A program made the position numbers and the translations under genes. A DNA stretch of 64,000 bases from Paraspadella gotoi (Eukaryota > Animalia > Chaetognatha), in the NCBI GenBank assembly GCA_051294375.1, contig CM119263.1:1848668-1912667 (forward strand), in the 5' to 3' direction. The stretch's first letter is position 1, and every line of letters starts with the position of its first letter. Positions 53,408 to 64,000 of the stretch are shown in pieces. The notes under the pieces were generated by a model that saw only the letters and a list, made by a program, of their open reading frames with translations, was not told the DNA's origin and made no database searches.

Positions 53408-56123
53408 TCTCTCGCTCTCTCTCTTCTCTCTTTTCCGTCACGTATTCAGTTTTGTCTTTTCCTATTCGTAGTTGATTTTTTTTCATTCATCAACATCTGT
53501 TATTCCCTTTTCAAATTCCTACCGCGCACTCTGGATCATCTTTCTCGTCGGGCTCGTGCCCTCGGTGTGATACGTTTGATTTTTTTCCTCTCTTTCTATT
53601 TCTCTCTTTCTCTTTTTTAGCTTAATCAAAGTTGATGAATGACTTTAAATATCGGTCTTTTTAATATTCGTCCCGCCAATGATTTCATTTTTTTCAGGCC
53701 CTACTAAATTAAGTGAGAGACGAAATCATTTTATTTCGGCGGTAAAAGTTAGTCACGAGTCAACTTCAAAGTGTGGTCACGTCTAGAATCAAAGCCTCGA
53801 ACTCAGGGTGAAGCGAGTAAACTTCGCGCTCTATCTATTTCAGTCAATCCGAATTTTTAATCATTTTTCGTCTTGAAATTTATTCCTGCCTTTACTCTAA
53901 TTGCGTCCATAATCGTCTATTTATTTAAACAAGACTAGTTTAATGAGTCAAACATTAATGCAATAAATAATTTAATTAATCAATTAATTAACTAATGAAA
54001 TAATTAATAATTAATAATAATCGACCTTACTAGGTTACCTTCCATGGAATTCACTCTGCTCGAGAGGAGGCTGGTGTGGCTGAGCGGGTGAGGGAGTGTC
54101 GACTGCGTTCGCGGACGCCACCGTTGACGGCACCCGGGGGGAGGTGGAGCGAAGGGGGAGGCGTTAGTCGATCCCCAAGGGGTGGCGCCCGTGCTGTGGC
54201 CGGCGAACGCGAGTCGTCCACTGGGGATGGAGGTGGCGCTGATTCGTCTTTCTGGAGACCGGTCCTCTGCAATGGCACAATGAGGGAAACACATCGGTTT
54301 ATTCGAGAAATCATTAGTAAATCTTTACCGTTCTCTATCTGACGGCAAATACGTTTTGTGGATTTACTTGTAATTTTTTTTGAGATTCAGGAGTAATACT
54401 TAGTTTGTTTTACTCTCTTTACTAAGTAGCATTGACCGTTATTGACTTGAATTTTACAAAATTTCTCATGGACACAAGTTCATAAAACTTCATCTCCAAT
54501 TTTATTCATCATTTCGGCGAAAAAGATTAACGAAAACAACGTCAGACACACATTAGTTGAAAAATACCCAAAATACTTCAAATAAGGACGCCCGCCACAA
54601 CATGACGGGGCCCTATTAATCTAAAGAGGCCCTCCAACCTTCCCCCACCCTCCCTTTCAAACCTGAAGAGGCCCTCTGCCGCGACTCTGATTCTCGTTCG
54701 GTCAGCTTGGACTCGTCCGGCGCTGCGTAGAACGGCTTTTGGAGGCGCGGGATGCGGGTGCCGACTTGGCGGCGTCACCGACGCCGCCCGGTTTGACGCC
54801 CAGAGGCTTGGCGCCGAGCGGAAGGTCCAGCAGGAGGCGGTTGGAGCGAGATTCCGGCGCCGACGCCGCCGACGCCGACGCCAGTTACGATGGGGGATCG
54901 ACGCTCCGTGTCGGGAATCTGAACAGGAAGATGAGGCGCTTCGACATTGGCTCGCCTCTCCTTGAAGGAGGTGGGGTGGTGGCGGGGGGAGAAGAGGAAG
55001 GGAGGTAGGGGGCAGGAAAAGAAAAGCCGGGAGAGAAGGGAGAACAGGGTAAGGAGGTAAAGAAGAGAACAGGGGAGTAAAAAGAAACGGAGGGGACAGA
55101 GAATATTTAACTTGAGCTGGCGCGAAAAAAAAAATAAAATAAATTGTAGAAATTGCAAATTTGTTTTTCGAATACGAGATGATTTGATTAATTGTATATA
55201 TATTTTTTATTGAGTCGCGCAAAATAATATTTAAAATCCCAAACGAATTTTATCACTGTTTCAGGACTTTTATTCATTTTCATATTTTATTCATTAACAA
55301 ATAAAATATTTCGCTTCGTGTCTATTCATTTATTATTAATTGATTGGATATTACTATTATTTACTATTTCAGCTTTAATGAAATTGGTACAACCATGTAA
55401 AAGTTATCAGTTATTAAAATCATTGAGTTATTGATGATTATAGGAAAAGTGTTGGGTTAAATCTAACGCAGAAAAGGCTTCTTAACATAGTTTATTAATA
55501 AAAGATAAAAAATTAGTTTTCATTTCATCCTTCACATTTAATACTGATTGTTGCATAAGAGCGACCGAATCGAGTTTCGCTCTCATTTGTTGCAATCAAC
55601 GAGAAGGCAAAGGCAAGACTCTTGGCTAAATATCTCGACGGAAAAAGCTTTTAGTTTTTAGTCTCATCGAAGGAAAAAAGGAAATTAACATTATTAATAT
55701 TTCGTTCTGCCTTTTTGCCTCGAGGTCGAGAAAGATAAGAGAAGATAAGAGAAAGAAAGGGTGATTAGAGAAGAGGGAAAGAGAAGAGAAGTAGAGAGGA
55801 GAGAGAGAAAGAGAAGGATGATTAGAGAGGCAAGGCGAAAAGAAAAATACGAAATCAGAGGATAGAAGAAAGAGAAGAAAAGGAGAGAGAGAAAAAGGAA
55901 GGAAGATTAAAGAAAAGGAAAGAAGATAAGAATAGAGCAGAAGATAGGAAAAGAAATTATAATAAAAGAGAGGAGACGAAATCGGGGAAATCTCACAGTT
56001 TCTTTCTGTAAATGTGTTGAGAGCATTTTGAACGTGAATCATCGGTACGTGTTACTGTGTGTCTCTTTTCTCTCTCTCCCTGTCTGCCTTAATCGCTCGC
56101 TTCTACAAATATATCATATATTT

Positions 56124-56222
<99 letters not shown>

Positions 56223-56589
56223 GCTTCTCATTCCAACTTCGACGCCTCGATTCTAAACCATTTTTCTTAGCGTCGATCTCTCGAGAGGGCGTTAGTCTTC
56301 GTCTTTCAGTGGCTGCGGGACCGGCGGAAGCGGCGGCGGCGGCGGTGGCGGTGGCGCGGCGATAGACCTGGCGTTAATGCGGTTTCTGGAAGATGATTTT
56401 CAGCGGCCAAGATAAAAATGGCGTCGGAAAATATTCGATGGTCAATGGAAGCCGAGGAGGCGTGTGGTGAGATGGGGGGAGAGAGAGGGGGGAGGCGGTG
56501 GCGGGGGCGTTGGTGTCGACTTTGGCCAAAACGACGGCGGAGGCAGAAGAGGAGCCAGAGGGAACACTGAGGCGAAGTGGCGTTAGCGT

Positions 56590-56835
56590 CATCAAGCCGG
56601 AAATAATGCCGATGTTCGTCGCAGATGGCAAGAAATGGCGGAGTACCATCTTTCCGGAAATGATGCCCATGACGTTTCTGCTGGTAGGAAAGGCGTAGCG
56701 CCACTATGACGGAAATGATACCCGTGACATTGGTGCTGGCCTCATTGGCGTAGCGCCCTTATACCAGAAATTATGCCGATGACGTCGATGATGGTTTTAT
56801 TGGCGTAGCGCCATTATGCCGGAAGTGACGTCCCC
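56590..56835. repeat. 55-bp degenerate tandem repeat (mirror at 59845-60081)
   Basis: GGCGCTACGCC-like anchors at 59866, 59921, 59976 and 60031, each preceded by a TTTCCGG-like word. Confidence 0.7.
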
Positions 56836-57713
56836 GTTCTAAGATCCGGGAAAAATAAAGTGACGAAAGCGGTGGCGACGATCAAAGGAGATTTTATCGG
56901 AAATAACGATTCGTTGAAGGAGGAAGATGGAGAAGGGAAGGAAGAGGGAGGGAGAGAGGGAGGGAGGAGGGAGAAGGGGGAGGGAGAAAGGGGAGGAAGG
57001 GAAGGAAGAGGGAGGGAGGAGAAGGGGTGAGGAAGGAAATAGGAGAAGGGGAAAAAAAGAGGAAGGGAGGAGGAAGAATGGGAGAGAGGAAGGGGAAAAG
57101 GGAGAAGAGGAGGAAAAGAGGAAAGGAACAGGGAGAAGGGGAGAGAGGAAGGAAGAAGGGGAGGAAAAAAGGAAAAGAGAAGTGGAGGAAAGAAGGAGAA
57201 CTGGTGAAGGAGAGAAGAAAGAGGGAGAGTAAAGGTAAGTGAAAGTAAAGTTTAGTGGAAGACTTAAGAATTAATGTTTACAGAAAAGAGTAAAAAAAAA
57301 AAAGAAGAGAGATAGAAAATGAAATCAGAGAAAAGGAATGACTTTAAAGGTTAAAAAAATAAAAAGATAGAAGAAAGAAAAGAAAAGAAAAGAAAGAAAA
57401 GAAAAGAAAGTAAAAGAAAAGAAAAGGAAAAGGGAGTGAATTATGAGGGATTGCGGAAAGAAAAGGAATAAAAGAGAGAAGACGTTTTCATGATCGTCGC
57501 CTTCATAAACCATAAACCATAAACGAAGCTCATCCTATCTCTCTCTCTTTTTTTTTTTTTTTGTTGTTTGTTTGTTGTTTTTTTGTCTTTTGTTTTCTCT
57601 CTCTCTCTCTCTCCATCTTCTCTCATTTCCATCAAGAGGACGCGCCAGATGTTATTCTCGGCCTTATTTTACCAGAACGCTCAATTTTGTGTTAAATTCG
57701 GAATTGGGTTAAT

Positions 57714-57860
57714 TTTTTTTTTAGTTGCGCCGTGAGTACTCGCGGAGCAACTCTATAAGTTACTTTTCGGTCGTTCTGTCGGTCAGTCTGTGGGGTCGGT
57801 TCGTCGGTTTGTCCCTCTTGCATATAATTTGCTTATAGTTGATTGCTCATTTGTGAAGTC
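57714..57860 (-). mobile_element. DINE-1/HINE-like element (mirror ~58835-58980), same family as 7272-7450
   Basis: (GACC/GACA)n, AAGTAACTTATAG, hairpin AGTTGCTCCGCGAG-TA-CTCACGGCGCAACT and an A-run. Confidence 0.6.
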
Positions 57861-58324
57861 AGAAAAAAAACCTCAAATCTAAGGGACTGCTAGCGCCGCC
57901 TTCAGGAATTCCTAAAACTATAAAGAATAAAAGAGGGTATTTTTGATACAGTGCATGTCATAAATACACGGGCCAAAAAACAGTTTTTTAGTCATGCTAT
58001 GTCATTTCATGTCATATCAAGTAAAAATAAAGTCACTGCGGCGCAACACATTGGAATTACAGTTCTTGTTTAGTTAAAGATTAGATTTAGGGTTGATGTT
58101 AGGGATTGGGTTATGACGAGGGTTAGGGATTTGGGTTAAAGACTAGAATTTTGGGTTAGGGATGAGAAATAGGTTTATAAGTTTAAAAATATATTTAGGT
58201 TAACTATTGAGATTAAAATTTAAATTCTGAGATAAATTGACAAAAATGGGGGCGCAGGTCATGTTTTCCCATTTTTTTTTCAACGCGACCCTGATTTCGT
58301 TGTATCCGAACGAATCTAAGGAAA

Positions 58325-58388
<64 letters not shown>

Positions 58389-61300
58389 NNNNNNNNNNNN
58401 NNNNNNNNNNNNNGAAAAAAAAATGGGAAAACATGACCTGCGCCCCCATTTTTGTCAATTTATCTCAGAATTTAATTTTAATCTCAATAGTTAACACCTA
58501 AATATATTTTTAAACTTATAAACCTATTTCTCATCCCTAACCCAAAATTCTAGTCTTTAACCCAAATCCCTAACCCTCGTCATTAACCCAATCCCTAACA
58601 TCAACCTAAATCTAATCTTTAACTAAACAAGAACTGTAATTCCAATGTGTTGCGCCGCAGTGACTTTATTTTTACTTGATATGACATGAAATGACATAGC
58701 ATGACTAAAAAACTGTTTTTGGCCGTGTATTTATGACATGCACTGTATCAAAATACCCTCTTTTATTCTTTATAGTTTTAGGAATTCCTGAAGGCGGCGC
58801 TAGCAGTCCCTTAGATTTGAGGTTTTTTTCTGACTTCACAAATGAGCAATCAACTATAAGCAAATTATATGCAAGAGGGACAAACCGACGAACCGACCCA
58901 CAGACTGACCGACAGAACGACCGAAAAGTAACTTATAGAGTTGCTCCGCGAGTACTCACGGCGCAACTAAAAAAAAATTAACCCAATTCCGAATTTAACA
59001 CAAAATTGAGCGTTCTGGTAAAATAAGGCCGAGAATAACATCTGGCGCGTCCTCTTGATGGAAATGAGAGAAGATGGAGAGAGAGAGAGAGAGAAAACAA
59101 AAGACAAAAAACAACAACACAACAAAAAAAAAAAAAAAAGAGAGAGAGATAGGATGAGCTTCGTTTATGGTTTATGGTTTATGAAGGCGACGATCATGAA
59201 AACGTCTTCTCTCTTTTATTCCTTTCTTTCCGCAATCCCTCATAATTCACTCCCTTTTCCTTTTTCTTTTCTTTTACTTTCTTTTCTTTTCTTTTCTTTT
59301 CTTTTCTTTTCCTTCTATCTTTTATTTTTTTAACCTTTAAAGTCATTCCTTTTCTCTGATTTCATTTTCTATCTCTCTTCTTTTTTTTTTACTCTTTTCT
59401 GTAAACATTAATTCTTAAGTCTTCACTAAACTTTACTTTCACTTACCTTTACTCTCCCTCTTTCTTCTCTCCTTCACCCAGTTCTCCTTCTTTCCTCCAC
59501 TTCTCTTTTCCTTTTTTCCTCCCCTTCTTCCTTCCTCTCTCCCCTTCTCCCTGTTCCTTTCCTCTTTTCCTCCTCTTCTCCCTTTTCCCCTTCCTCTCTC
59601 CCATTCTTCCTCCTCCTTCCTCTTTTTTTCCCCTTCTCCCTATTTCCTTCCTCACCCCTTCTCCTCCCTCCCTCTTCCTTCCCTTCTCCCCTTTCTCCCT
59701 CCCCCTTTCCCTCCTCCCTCCCTCTCTCCTCCCTCTTCCTTCCCTTCTCCATCTTCCTCCTTCAACGAATCGTTATTTCCGATAAAATCTCCTTTGATCG
59801 TCGCCACCGCTTTCGTCACTTTATTTTCCCGGATCTTAGAACGGGGACGTCACTTCCGGCATAATGGCGCTACGCCAATAAAACCATCATCGACGTCATC
59901 GGCATAATTTCTGGTATAAGGGCGCTACGCCAATGAGGCCAGCACCAATGTCACGGGTATCATTTCCGTCATAGTGGCGCTACGCCTTTCCTACCAGCAG
60001 AAACGTCATGGGCATCATTTCCGGAAAGATGGTACTCCGCCATTTCTGCCATCTGCGACGACATCGGCATTATTTCCGGCTNNNNNNNNNNNNNNNNNNN
60101 NNNNNNNNNNNNNNNNNNNNNNNNNNNNNNNNNNNNNNNNNNNNNNNNNNNNNNNNNNNNNNNNNNNNNNNNNNNNNNNNNNNNNNNNNNNNNNNNNNNN
60201 NNNNNNNNNNNNNNNNNNNNNNNNNNNNNNNNNNNNNNNNNNNNNNNNNNNNNNNNNNNNNNNNNNNNNNNNNNNNNNNNNNNNNNNNNNNNNNNNNNNN
60301 NNNNNNNNNNNNNNNNNNNNNNNNNNNNNNNNNNNNNNNNNNNNNNNNNNNNNNNNNNNNNNNNNNNNNNNNNNNNNNNNNNNNNNNNNNNNNNNNNNNN
60401 NNNNNNNNNNNNNNNNNNNNNNNNNNNNNNNNNNNNNNNNNNNNNNNNNNNNNNNNNNNNNNNNNNNNNNNNNNNNNNNNNNNNNNNNNNNNNNNNNNNN
60501 NNNNNNNNNNNNNNNNNNNNNNNNNNNNNNNNNNNNNNNNNNNNNNNNTGATATATTTGTAGAAGCGAGCGATTAGAGGCAGACAGGGAGAGAGAGAAAG
60601 AGACACACAGTAACACGTACCGATGATTCACGTTCAAAATGCTCTCAACACATTTACAGAAAGAAACTGTGAGATTTCCCCGATTTCGTCTCCTCTCTTT
60701 TATTATAATTTCTTTTCCTATCTTCTGCTCTATTCTTATCTTCTTTCCTTTTCTTTAATCTTCCTTCCTTTTTCTCTCTCTCCTTTTTCCTTCTCTTTCT
60801 TTCTATCCTCTGATTTCGTATTTTTCTTTTCGCCTTGCCTCTCTAATCATCCCTTCTCTTTCTCTCTCTCCTCTCTACTTCTCTTCTCTTTCCCTCTTCT
60901 CTAATCACCCCTTTCTCTTCTCTTATCTTCTCTTATCTTTCCGACCTCGAGGCAAAAAGGCAGAACGAATATTAATAATGTTAATTTCCTTTTTTCCTTC
61001 GATGAGACTAAAAACTAAAAGCTTTTTCCGTCGAGATATTTAGCCAAGAGTCTTGCCTTTGCCTTCTCGTTGATTGCAACAAATGAGAGCGAAACTCGAT
61101 TCGGTCGCTCTTATGCAACAATCAGTATTAAATGTGAAGGATGAAATGAAAACTAATTTTTATCTTTTATTAATAACTATGTTAAGAAGCCTTTCTGCGT
61201 TAGATTTAACCCAACACTTTTCCTATAATCATCAATAACTCATGATTTTAATAACTGATAACTTTTACATTGGTTGTACCAATTTCATTAAAGCTGAAAT

Positions 61301-61704
61301 AGTAAATAATAGTAAATATCAATCAATTAATAATAAATGAATAGACACGAAGCGAAATATTTTATTTGTTAATGAATAAATATGAAAATGAATAAAAGTC
61401 CTGAAACAGTGATAAAATTCGTTTGGGATTTTAAATATTATTTTGCGCGACTCAATAAAAAATATATATACAATTAATCAAATCATCTCGTATTCGAAAA
61501 ACAAATTTGCAATTTCTACAATTTATTTATTTTTTTTTTCGCGCCAGCTCAAGTTAAATATTCTCTGTCCCCTCCGTTTCTTTTTACTCCCCTGTTCTCT
61601 TCTTTACCTCCTTACCCTGTTCTCCCTTCTCTCCCGGCTTTTCTTTTCCTGCCCCCCTACCTCCCTTCCTCTTCTCCCCCCGCCACCACCCCACCTCCTT
61701 CAAG

Positions 61705-62004
61705 GAGAGGCGAGCCAATGTCGAAGCGCCTCATCTTCCTGTTCAGATTCCCCGGACACGGAGCGTCGATCCCCCATCGTAACTGGCGTCGGCGTCGGCG
61801 GCGTCGGCGCCGGATCTCGCTCCAACCGCCTCCTGCTGGACCTTCCGCTCGGCGCCAAGCCTCTGGGCGTCAAACCGGGCGGCGTCGGTGACGCCGCCAA
61901 GTCGGCACCCGCATCCCCGCGCCTCCAAAAGCCGTTCTACGCAGCGCCGGACGAGTCCAAGCTGACCGAACGAGAATCAGAGTCGCGGCAGAGGGCCTCT
62001 TCAG
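61705..62004 (+). CDS. Ser-rich internal exon (frameshifted mirror at 54663-54960 on -)
   Basis: cttcaag| ... TCAG|gtttga; 300 nt, phase 1 to 1, open: EASQCRSASSSCSDSPDTERRSP...KSAPASPRLQKPFY...RQRASS. Confidence 0.6.
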
Positions 62005-62403
62005 GTTTGAAAGGGAGGGGTGGGGGAAGGTTGGAGGGCCTCTTTAGATTAATAGGGCCCCGTCATGTTGTGGGCGGGCGTCCTTAATTTGAAGTATTTT
62101 GGGTATTTTTCAACTAATGTGTGTCTGACGTTGGTTTTCGTTAATCTTTTTCGCCGAAATGATGAATAAAATTGGAGATGAAGTTTTATGAACTTGTGTC
62201 CATGAGAAATTTTGTAAAATTCAAGTCAATAACGGTCAATGCTACTTAGTAAAGAGAGTAAAACAAACTAAGTATTACTCCTGAATCTCAAAAAAATTAC
62301 AAGTAAATCCACAAAACGTATTTGCCGTCAGATAGAGAACGGTAAAGATTTACTAATGATTTCTCGAATAAACCGATGTGTTTCCCTCATTGTGCCATTG
62401 CAG

Positions 62404-62634
62404 AGGACCGGTCTCCAGAAAGACGAATCAGCGCCACCTCCATCCCCCAGTGGACGACTCGCGTTCGCGGCCACAGCACGGGCGCCACCCCTTGGGGATC
62501 GACTAACGCCTCCCCCTTCGGCTCCACCTCCCCCTGGGGTGCCGTCAACGTGGGCGTCCGCGAACGCAGTCGACACTCCCTCACCCGGCTCAGCCACACC
62601 AGCCTCCTCTCGAGCAGAGTGAATTCCATGGAAG
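62404..62634 (+). CDS. Ser-rich internal exon (frameshifted mirror at 54039-54266 on -)
   Basis: ttgcag| ... GAAG|gtaacc; 231 nt, phase 1 to 1, in frame with the previous exon: EDRSPERRISATSIPQW...RSRHSLTRLSHTSLLSSRVNSME. Confidence 0.6.
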
Positions 62635-63268
62635 GTAACCTAGGTAAGGTCGATTATTTATTAATTATTAATTATTTCATTAGTTAATTAATTGATTAAT
62701 TAATTATTTATTGCATTAATGTTCTGACTCATTAAACTAGTCTTGTTTAAATAAATAGACGATTATGGACGCAATTAGAGTAAAGGCAGGAATAAATTTC
62801 AAGACGAAAAATGATTAAAAATTCGGATTGACTGAAATAGTAGAGCGCGAAGTTTACTCGCTTCACCCTGAGTTCGAGGCTTTGATTCTAGACGTGAGCC
62901 ACACTTTGAAGTTTGACTCGTGACTAACTTTACCGCCGAAATAAAAATGATTTCGTCTCTCACTTAATTTAGGTAGGGCTGAAAAAAATGAAATCATTGG
63001 CGGGACGAATATTAAAAAGACCGATATTTAAAGTCATTCATCAACTTTGATTAAGCTAAAAAGAGAAAGAGAGAAATAGAAAGAGAGGAAAAAATCAAAC
63101 GTATCACACCGAGGGCACGAGCCCGACCGAGAAAGATGATCCAGAGTGCGCGGTAGGAATTTGAAAGGGAATAACAGATGTTGATGAATGAAAAAAAATC
63201 AACTACGAATAGGAAAAGACAAAACTGAATACGTGACGGAAAAGAGAGAGACGAGAGAGAGCGAGAGA

Positions 63269-63344
<76 letters not shown>

Positions 63345-63670
63345 CCAGATGGCAGATGAGCTTCCGTCGCATATTTTCTCGTTTATATTAAAAAAAAATG
63401 AAGTTTTAATTCTCTGATTTATGGAGTTGTTCTTCCATTTACTATTTTTGTCATCTGACGCTTCAATAGTAAAGGAGATCACCTTGAGCCCTATTTTTAC
63501 TCAAGGTGAAGGAGATCACCTTAAGCCCTATTTTTTCCTCTTTCCCTCGCGTTTCTCTCAGGGATATTTTTTGTTTGGATTGATTTCTTATAAAAATATT
63601 TTGTGATATAAATCCTTTCTTTTCGTTGTTTGGGACGATTAGAGACAGTTTGAGTTTAGTTTTGACAACT

Positions 63671-63712
63671 AACGCTGATGAAGGCTTGAAATGAAGCCGA
63701 AACATGTCTGTT
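63671..63712 (+). ncRNA. Minimal type I hammerhead ribozyme in the loop of a 53-bp-arm hairpin (63617-63783)
   Basis: AACG-CTGATGA-A-GGCTT(GAAATG)AAGCC-GAAAC-AT-GTC-TGTT: stem I AACG/TGTT, 5-bp stem II, palindromic ACATGT, and AATAAA at 63721. Confidence 0.8.
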
Positions 63713-64000
63713 TTGAATTAAATAAAAATCGTTGTCAAAACTAAACTCAAACTGTCTCTAATCGTCTCAAACAACGAAAAGAATTGTGAATTGATCTAGC
63801 CTGGCAACTTCTGGGACCGCCCCTGATGCCCGAAGGGTTTCTCACCTATTGGCATTAGATCTTTAAATTCTCCGTGAATTGAAATAATATTTTTACTCTT
63901 TACGCTAATCGATTACTTTTGAATTCATTTTCCCCTTAACGACGACGACGACGACGACATCAACAGGTTGTGCCATCGCAATAAACATCGAGCCATGCCA

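Larger units (their letters stand above)
52691..64000. repeat. Large inverted duplication: 52691-58281 versus 58414-64000, continuing beyond the window
   Basis: The right arm is the reverse complement of the left arm; the centre contains a 25-N gap at 58389-58413. Confidence 0.95.

Noticed and set aside
58080-58620. Hairpin telomere or telomere fusion at the fold-back centre
   Set aside because: The TTAGGG-like tract is degenerate, resembles the dispersed MITE interior, and the centre is a 25-N gap.

Overview
Eukaryotic, probably bilaterian-invertebrate, genomic DNA: AT-rich introns, very dense (GA)n/(TTA)n/(TTTA)n microsatellites and CpG-rich exons, from an indel-prone draft assembly. More than half of the window is duplicated: three direct duplications (~946-11400 = 12122-22324; ~23518-30343 = 30384-37463; 39917-40538 = 40564-41175) and one fold-back (52691-58281 inverted at 58414-64000). 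Three of these sit on exact 25-N gaps, so they are probably gap-filling artefacts. The best-supported gene is a minus-strand, spliced IRE1/RNase L-family pseudokinase with a probable KEN-like segment downstream, present in both copies of the first duplication. A C2CD4-like gene appears to be split by the inversion. Two different hairpin elements carry minimal type I hammerhead ribozymes; one has a Penelope-like layout with a tail and a 14-bp target-site duplication. Also present: tRNA-derived SINEs, DINE-1/HINE-like elements, a MITE-like family with a TTAGGG-like interior, several minisatellites and CpG-rich promoter-like motif clusters. Most ORFs in the supplied track are microsatellite or gap noise. 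Protein family calls come from manual translation and motif recall, not database searches.
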